From an uncultured Candidatus Rokubacteria bacterium (GTDB lineage: Bacteria; Methylomirabilota; Methylomirabilia; Rokubacteriales; CSP1-6), in the NCBI GenBank assembly GCA_963789955.1, contig CAWBMV010000036.1, positions 1 through 64,000 on the forward strand: a stretch of 64,000 nucleotides of DNA, written 5' to 3'. The notes under the pieces were generated by a model that worked only from the letters and a program-made list of their open reading frames with translations, was not told the DNA's origin and made no database searches. The stretch's first letter is position 1. Each line of letters starts with the position of its first letter. Of the stretch, positions 57,952 through 64,000 are shown piece after piece. The translations under genes were made by a program, and so were the position numbers.

Positions 57952-58983
57952 ATGCAGCGCGGCGCGATCATCGGCCTGGGCAACGTCGCCCTGCACGGCC
58001 ACCTGCCAGGCTGGCGACGTCGTCGCGACGTGCAGATCGTCGCGGTCACCGACGCGCGGCCCGAGCAGCACGCGCTCGTCTCGGCTCATGCTCCCGGCGC
58101 GCGCTGGTACACGACCTCCGCGGAGCTCCTGGCCGAGGCGTCCGTCGATTTCGTGGACATCTGCACGCCGCCGAGCAGTCACGCCACGCTGATCCGCGGA
58201 GCGCTCGAGCGCGGCCGGCACGTGCTCTGCGAGAAACCGCTGGTCAGCGCCCCCGACGATCTGGGGCCGCTGGCCCGTCTGGTGGAGCGGACCGGCCGCG
58301 TCCTCTATACGGTCCACAACTGGCACCACGCGCCCATCGTGCGCCGCACGGCGGAGCTGATCCGGGAAGGCCGCATCGGCCGGGTCAAGCACGTGATCTG
58401 GCACACCCTGCGCACCCGGCCCGCGCTGGCCGGCGACGAGCGCAGCGGGAACTGGCGCGTCGATCCGGCCGTCGCGGGTGGGGGCGTGCTCTCCGATCAT
58501 GGATGGCATGTGTTCTACGTCATCCAGCGCTGGATCGGCGAGCCGCCGCTGTCGGTGAGCGCCCGGCTGGAGCGGCGGCGACACGTCACGTGGGACGTCG
58601 AGGACACCGCGACGGTGCGCGTGACCTATGCCGGCGCCACCGCCGAGATCCTGTTGACGTGGGCGTCGGACGTCAGGCGGAACTGGGCCGAGGTCGGCGG
58701 AACCGCCGGAACGCTCGAGCTGCACGACGACACGCTCGTGCTCAAGAGCGGCGACCCCGGCGTAGATGCCTCGTGGCCGTGCCCGCCGCCGATGTCGGAC
58801 GGCTCGCATCACCCGGACTGGTTCGATGCGGTGGCGAGCCAGTTCCTCGCGGAGACGACGGGGGCGGTGCCGCGCGGCGCGAATCTGGCCGAAGCGCGGC
58901 TCTGCGTCGCGCTCGAGCATGCGGCGCGTGAATCGAGCCGGCAGGGCGGCCGCGAGATTGCGATCGCGGGAGTCCCGGTCTGA
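57952..58983 (+). CDS. Gfo/Idh/MocA NAD(P)-dependent dehydrogenase
   Basis: IIGLGNVA, ICTPPSSH, LCEKP, GGGVLSDHGWH, VEDTA. Confidence 0.92.
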   Translation: MQRGAIIGLGNVALHGHLPGWRRRRDVQIVAVTDARPEQHALVSAHAPGARWYTTSAELLAEASVDFVDICTPPSSHATLIRGALERGRHVLCEKPLVSAPDDLGPLARLVERTGRVLYTVHNWHHAPIVRRTAELIREGRIGRVKHVIWHTLRTRPALAGDERSGNWRVDPAVAGGGVLSDHGWHVFYVIQRWIGEPPLSVSARLERRRHVTWDVEDTATVRVTYAGATAEILLTWASDVRRNWAEVGGTAGTLELHDDTLVLKSGDPGVDASWPCPPPMSDGSHHPDWFDAVASQFLAETTGAVPRGANLAEARLCVALEHAARESSRQGGREIAIAGVPV

Positions 58984-60164
58984 CGACCGCGGTCTCGGTC
59001 TCCGTGCAGGCGGAGGACAGTCTGCTGGTGGTCGTGCCGCCCGAGCCTGGGACCGCGACCAGCGTGACGCCCGACACCGTGGTCGCGGGGCTTCCGCTGC
59101 TGCGCCGCATCGTCCTGGCCGGCTCGCGCGCGGGGTTCTCGCGTGTGCTGGTGCAGAGCGGTCACGACGACGCCGAGCGACTGCTCGCCGGCACGACGGC
59201 GCGCGTGCTGAGCGGCGCGCCGCCGCCCGACTCGCGCCGCCGGATCGTCATCCTCCCGGCCAACGTCGTGCCCCAGGCCAAATGGCTCCGGGCGCTCCGC
59301 GAGGCCGAAGTCGAGCCCGAGCGCGTCTACGCCGACGGACAGCTCGCCGCGATCATCGACACCGACGACCCGGCGTTCGTGCTCGCGGCCGCGACGCAAT
59401 GCCGAGACATCGGCGAGCTCATGGCGACGTTGCGCGTCCGGTTCGACGAGGCCAAGCTCGAGGTCGACGAGACCGGGCGCTTCCCGCTCTCCGAAGCGGC
59501 CGACACCCGGCCGGCCGAGACGTGGCTCCTGCGAAGCCTGATCAAGCAGCGCGAGGGCTTCATGTCGCGCCACTTCGAGCGGAAGATCTCGCTGGCGATC
59601 ACGCGCCGGCTCGCGTTGACTCGCGTCACGCCCGACATGATGACCGTCGTGAGCGTGGGGATCGGGCTGCTCGGCGCGCCGTTCTTCCTGTCGGAGTCTC
59701 CCGTCTACCAGCTCGTCGGGGCCCTCCTGTTCCTGACGCACTCGATCCTCGACGGCTGCGACGGCGAGCTCGCCCGGCTCAAGTTCATGGAGTCGCCGCA
59801 CGGCGCGATCCTCGACTTCTGGGGCGACAACGTCGTCCACGTCGGCGTCTTCTCCTGCATGGCGGTCGGTCTGAGCTTCGCGCAGGACGCCACCTGGCCG
59901 CTGGCGCTGGGCGCGCTCACGGTCATCGCGACCCTCGGCGCGGCCGCCTGCCAGTCACGCGACATCATGCTGGACACGGCGGTCGGCGGCGACGCCAGTT
60001 GGATCGCGCGCTTCGCCGAGGCGTTTTCTTCGCGAGACTTCATCTATCTGGTCATCGCCATGTCCGCGTTCGGCAAGGCCCACTGGTTTCTGATCCTCGC
60101 GTCGATCGGCACGCCGATTTTCTTCGGTCTCCTTCTCTGGGTCGGGGCGCGGCGGCGCGCCTGA
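58980..60164 (+). CDS. CDP-alcohol phosphotransferase with degenerate N-terminal NTP-transferase-like domain
   Basis: DGCDGELAR-x7-GAILDFWGD signature; EGFMSRHFERKIS..VTPD resembles DIPP synthases; N-terminal VAGLPLLRRIV. Confidence 0.9.
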   Translation: MTTAVSVSVQAEDSLLVVVPPEPGTATSVTPDTVVAGLPLLRRIVLAGSRAGFSRVLVQSGHDDAERLLAGTTARVLSGAPPPDSRRRIVILPANVVPQAKWLRALREAEVEPERVYADGQLAAIIDTDDPAFVLAAATQCRDIGELMATLRVRFDEAKLEVDETGRFPLSEAADTRPAETWLLRSLIKQREGFMSRHFERKISLAITRRLALTRVTPDMMTVVSVGIGLLGAPFFLSESPVYQLVGALLFLTHSILDGCDGELARLKFMESPHGAILDFWGDNVVHVGVFSCMAVGLSFAQDATWPLALGALTVIATLGAAACQSRDIMLDTAVGGDASWIARFAEAFSSRDFIYLVIAMSAFGKAHWFLILASIGTPIFFGLLLWVGARRRA

Positions 60165-60170
60165 GTCGCG

Positions 60171-61745
60171 GTGGCCGGGTTCGTCGACGTTCTGCTCCGA
60201 GGGCTTGCCCTGTGCGGCCAGGCGGTCGCCATCGGCGGCGTGCTCTTTGCTCTGCTCTTGCTGCGTCCGACCCTCGGCGAGGGCGGTGCTGCGCGCGCGC
60301 GGCTTGTGCGCAGCCTCTGGCTGACAGCGCTTGGGGCCGCGGTCGTCGCCGTCGCCCAGGGCCTCTCGCTGGGGGTCCAGCTCTCCGTCCTCGGCGATAC
60401 CGCGGGCGGATGGCCCATCGCCGAGGTCGCTCGGACGAGCTTCTTTCGTGCGGGCATCGTCCGCATTCTGGCCTGCGTCGGGCTCGTGCTCGGATGTGCG
60501 GCTCTGGTCAAGCGTCCCGAGCCACGTCTCTGGTGGATCGCGCTCGCCGGGCTGACGGTGCTCCTCGGCGCTGGCAGCGCGTGGACGAGCCACGCCGCCG
60601 GCCGTCTCGGGCCCCGCGCCGTGCTCCTGATCCTCGACGCGCTGCACCAGCTCGCGGCCGGCGTGTGGATCGGCGGGCTGCTCCATCTGACGATCGCCGC
60701 GTTCTCACGCGCGGAGAGCGGGTGGTCGGGGAGTTTGCTCAAGCGCTTCTCGACGATGGCCTTCATCTCGGTCGTGATTCTGGTCCTCGCGGGTGTGGGA
60801 CTCACGTTCTCCTACGTCGACAGCCCGGGCGCGCTCCTCGGCACCTCCTACGGCAGCATGATTCTCACGAAGGTCGCGATCCTCGGCGGAGTCTTGCTCC
60901 TGGGCGCGGCCAACTTCTTCGCCGTGCGACGTTTGCCCGACTCCGCCAACGTCTCGGTGGCGCGGCTGCGGCGCTTCGTCGAAGTCGAGTTCGGCCTGGG
61001 TGCGACGGTGCTGTTCGTCGCTGCGTCGCTGACGTCGTTGCCGCCCGCGGGTGACGTCGTCGCCGACCGCGCCTCGCTCGCCGAAGTCGGCGTCCGGTTC
61101 GCGCCGCGCTGGCCCGCGCTCACGTCGCCGAAGATCGCGGATATGCCGGTGGACGACCGCAACGCGCCGCGGACCGACGCCGACCGGGCATGGTCGGAGT
61201 TCAATCACCACTGGGCGGGGCTCTTCGTGCTCGCCATGGGCCTGCTGGCTCTCGTGCACGCGACGGGACGCGCGCGATGGGCGCGACACTGGCCGCTCGT
61301 GTTCCTCGGCCTCGCGGGCTTCCTGCTCGTTCGCAACGATCCGGGCGCGTGGCCGCTCGGGCCGCTCGGATTCTGGGAGAGCATGCGCTATCCCGAGGTG
61401 TTGCAGCATCGCATCTTCGTCCTGCTGGTCGTCGCCTTCGGCATCTTCGAGTGGCTGGTCCGCACCGACCGCGTCCGCGTCCACGGAGCCGCGCTCGTTT
61501 TCCCGCTGCTCTGCGCCGTCGGCGGCGGGCTGCTCCTCACGCACTCGCATGCGGGCTTGAATCTGAAGCAGGAGTACCTGATCGAGATCACGCACGTCCC
61601 CCTGGGCGTGCTGGCGATGATCACGGGGTGGTCGCGCTGGCTCGAGCTGCGCCTGCCGGCGCCGTCCGGCCGGCTTGCCGGGCGCATCTGGCCGGTCGCG
61701 TTCACGTTGGTCGGCGTGTCCCTCATCCTCTACCGGGAAAGCTGA
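60171..61745 (+). CDS. CopD-family membrane protein with extra His-rich C-terminal membrane domain
   Basis: TSHAAG, LHQLAAGVWIGGL, RFS, TSYG..LTK; SEFNHH, LQH, LTHSH, ITH. Confidence 0.8.
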   Translation: MAGFVDVLLRGLALCGQAVAIGGVLFALLLLRPTLGEGGAARARLVRSLWLTALGAAVVAVAQGLSLGVQLSVLGDTAGGWPIAEVARTSFFRAGIVRILACVGLVLGCAALVKRPEPRLWWIALAGLTVLLGAGSAWTSHAAGRLGPRAVLLILDALHQLAAGVWIGGLLHLTIAAFSRAESGWSGSLLKRFSTMAFISVVILVLAGVGLTFSYVDSPGALLGTSYGSMILTKVAILGGVLLLGAANFFAVRRLPDSANVSVARLRRFVEVEFGLGATVLFVAASLTSLPPAGDVVADRASLAEVGVRFAPRWPALTSPKIADMPVDDRNAPRTDADRAWSEFNHHWAGLFVLAMGLLALVHATGRARWARHWPLVFLGLAGFLLVRNDPGAWPLGPLGFWESMRYPEVLQHRIFVLLVVAFGIFEWLVRTDRVRVHGAALVFPLLCAVGGGLLLTHSHAGLNLKQEYLIEITHVPLGVLAMITGWSRWLELRLPAPSGRLAGRIWPVAFTLVGVSLILYRES

Positions 61746-62719
61746 TCCTGCGCTACGTTCGCGTCGCGCTCCTCGTGCTCGGCGTGGCGCTGCTCGCCGC
61801 GCTCGTCGCGCAGAACGATCCGGCGGTGGTCCTCGCGTCGATCGCCGATCTGCACTGGCGGCTCGCCGTCATCCTGTGCTTTCCCGCCGTGCTCGTCGCG
61901 CTGTTCGACACGCTCGGCTGGCGCTATGCCTTCATGCGCGAGATCGTTCCGTTCCGCGCGCTCGTCGCGTCCCGGCTCGCCGGCGAGGCGTTCAACATGA
62001 CGACGCCGACCGCCGCGGTGGGCGGGGAGGCGGTCAAGGCCTGGCTGCTCCGCGGGTACGCGCCGCTCGACGCGACGCTCGCGTCGGTGATCGTCGCCAA
62101 GACAACGATTACGCTGGGTCAGGGGCTGTTCTTCCTGCTGGGGGTCCTGGTCGCGTGGGAGACGGGCCTGGCCGGGTCGACGTTGCTCTACGGCATGCTG
62201 TGGTTCCTGGTCATCGAGGCGATCGTCCTGGGGCTGTTCGTTCTGGTCCAGATGCGCGGCATGCTCGGCTGGACGGGGCGGCTGCTCGAGCGGCTGGGGA
62301 TTCGCCCGGCGAAGGTTCAGGCGATGTTCGGCCGCGTCGACGACTCGCTCGGACAGTTCTACCGGACCGCGCCGGGCCGGCTCGGTCTCTCGATCGGGTT
62401 TCACGCCATCGCCTGGGCCCTGGGCGCGGTCGAGACGTGGCTCATCCTGAAATTCCTCGGCAGCGAGGTCTCGCTGGCAACCGCCACCGTGATCGAGGCG
62501 TTCGGCACGGGCATCAAGGTGGCGACCTTCCTGGTGCCGGCAAGCCTCGGCGTGCTCGAGGGCGGCTTCGTGGCCACGGCCGCGACGTTCGGGCTCTCCG
62601 CCACCACGGCGATCTCCTTCAGCCTGGTGCGGCGCCTTCGCGAGGCCACGTGGGTCGCGATCGGCCTGGTCGCGTTCGCCGCGATGCGTCCCCGGGAGCC
62701 CAGAACCACCTCGGACTAG
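61742..62719 (+). CDS. Lysylphosphatidylglycerol-synthase TM / flippase-like (UPF0104) membrane protein
   Basis: GWRYAF, GEAFNMTTP..GGEAVKA, PASLGVLEGG, VRRLRE; probable CTG start. Confidence 0.85.
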   Translation: MILRYVRVALLVLGVALLAALVAQNDPAVVLASIADLHWRLAVILCFPAVLVALFDTLGWRYAFMREIVPFRALVASRLAGEAFNMTTPTAAVGGEAVKAWLLRGYAPLDATLASVIVAKTTITLGQGLFFLLGVLVAWETGLAGSTLLYGMLWFLVIEAIVLGLFVLVQMRGMLGWTGRLLERLGIRPAKVQAMFGRVDDSLGQFYRTAPGRLGLSIGFHAIAWALGAVETWLILKFLGSEVSLATATVIEAFGTGIKVATFLVPASLGVLEGGFVATAATFGLSATTAISFSLVRRLREATWVAIGLVAFAAMRPREPRTTSD

Positions 62720-62772
62720 GTCCCCCTATAAAGCCGTTCCCTTGCGCGGTCCGTTGTTAGAATTGGCTCCCG

Positions 62773-64000
62773 ATGAGCGCCAAATGTCTGGCCGGTGCCC
62801 TGATCGTGCTCCTGCTCGCCTCGACGGGCTGGGCGGCGACGGCGCTTCTCCCCATCGTGACCCACGACGGGCGCCCGTACGTCGAGCTGACGCGGGTGGC
62901 CGCCTCGATGCAAAGCAAGGGCTCGCCGCCGGCCAAGGTCGTCGCGACCCCTGCCAGCACGCGAGCGCAGCTGCGCGCGGGGGACCAGGTCGTCACGCTC
63001 ACGCGCAACTGGTCGCAGGTGCTGGTCAACGGTAAGCCGGTCGTGCTCGACGCGCCCGTGCGGGTGAAGGGCGGCGTGTGGCTGGTGCCCGAGTCCTTCA
63101 TCGGCCGGATCGTGCCGACCCTGGTGGCGAGCGCGGCGCCGGGCCCGACGAGCGCGCGCTTCGCGGCCGCGCCGCCCGAGGTCAACCTGGAAGACGTGCG
63201 GGTCAGATCGTATCCGTCGTTCACGCGCATCGTCGTCGAGACGTCGTCGGCCGTCACGCATCGCATCGAGTCGAGCGGACCCAAGGAAGCGCGGGTGCGG
63301 CTCGTCGGCCTCGGAAGCGGCGCGCACAATCAGGAGATCGGTGACGGGCTGATCTCGGAGGTGCGCGTGGATCGCGCCGGGTCCGACGCGCTCCTGCGCG
63401 TGGTCTACGAGGGCACCGCCGGGACGCTCCGCGCCTCCACCCTGGCCGATCCGCCGCGTATCGTGCTCGACGTGGCCCGGCCCGTCGATCCGGGTGCCCG
63501 CGAGGGCCGGGAGCAGCTCACCCCGCTGAAGACGATCGTGCTCGACGCCGGCCACGGCGGCCACGACTCCGGCGCGACCGGGCCGACCGGCCTCATGGAG
63601 AAGGATCTGGTGCTCGACGTCACGCGCCGCGTGGCGAAGCTCGTCGCGGCGCAACTGGGCATGAAGGTGCTGCTCACGCGGGACTCCGACAATTTCGTCA
63701 CCTTGCGCGACCGCACGAGCTACGCGAACAAGCAGCACGCCGATCTGTTCGTCTCGATCCACGCGAACGCCCACCGAGAAGCCGCCGCCGATGGGGTCGA
63801 GACGTACTTCCTGTCGTCGGAGGCCACGGACAGCGCCGCCCGTCAGGTGGCCGCGCTCGAGAACGGCGTCGTCCAGCTCGAGCAGCCGACCGGCCGCGGC
63901 GCGGGCCAGATGGACATCGTGAAGGCGATCCTCTGGGACCTGGCGCAGTCCGAGTTCCAGGTCGAGTCCTCGCGCCTGGCCGAGGTCGTCCACGACTCGA
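62773..64000 (+). CDS. N-acetylmuramoyl-L-alanine amidase (Amidase_3), 3'-truncated
   Basis: Signal peptide, AMIN-like PPRIVLD, IVLDAGHGGHD, EKD, LTRDSD, FVSIHANA. Confidence 0.93.
   Translation, partial: MSAKCLAGALIVLLLASTGWAATALLPIVTHDGRPYVELTRVAASMQSKGSPPAKVVATPASTRAQLRAGDQVVTLTRNWSQVLVNGKPVVLDAPVRVKGGVWLVPESFIGRIVPTLVASAAPGPTSARFAAAPPEVNLEDVRVRSYPSFTRIVVETSSAVTHRIESSGPKEARVRLVGLGSGAHNQEIGDGLISEVRVDRAGSDALLRVVYEGTAGTLRASTLADPPRIVLDVARPVDPGAREGREQLTPLKTIVLDAGHGGHDSGATGPTGLMEKDLVLDVTRRVAKLVAAQLGMKVLLTRDSDNFVTLRDRTSYANKQHADLFVSIHANAHREAAADGVETYFLSSEATDSAARQVAALENGVVQLEQPTGRGAGQMDIVKAILWDLAQSEFQVESSRLAEVVHDS

Noticed and set aside
63432..63441. CGCCTCCACC as a duplicated tmRNA 3' end defining an island
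   Set aside because: Only 10 bp, inside the amidase coding frame, and expected by chance at this GC content; no integrase nearby

Overview
High-GC bacterial chromosome segment spanning the replication-origin region. The lineage is probably Candidatus Rokubacteria/Methylomirabilota, inferred from composition and gene content only. Positions 1-9 kb hold the end of a PilY1-like gene, a TPR protein and assorted metabolic genes. Positions 9-19.4 kb form a nested accessory region at tRNA-Ser(TGA), with two duplicated tRNA 3' ends, a recurrent 36-bp arm-like motif, an intact tyrosine integrase flanked by its own inverted repeats, a permuted IS3 remnant and decayed cargo. Positions 21-44 kb are core genes: serS-gyrA-gyrB-recF-dnaN-dnaA on the minus strand, a candidate bipartite oriC, then rpmH-rnpA-yidD-yidC-mnmE-rsmG-parA-parB-mnmA-atpFHAGDC. 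Positions 44-54 kb hold a signalling cluster, a DUF507 pair, ubiX, tRNA-Leu, smpB and tmRNA. Positions 54.4-62.7 kb are a tightly coupled 8-gene operon: HAD, NTP transferase, ATP-grasp, class III aminotransferase, Gfo/Idh/MocA, DIPPS-like CDP-alcohol transferase, CopD-like protein and LPG-synthase-TM protein. This is my best candidate for an undescribed pathway, possibly making an amino-cyclitol phospholipid or solute. Single-base frameshifts in essential genes (gyrA, yidC, atpF) point to sequencing indel errors, so frameshifts alone are not evidence of pseudogenes here. All family calls come from motif recognition by eye; no searches were run.
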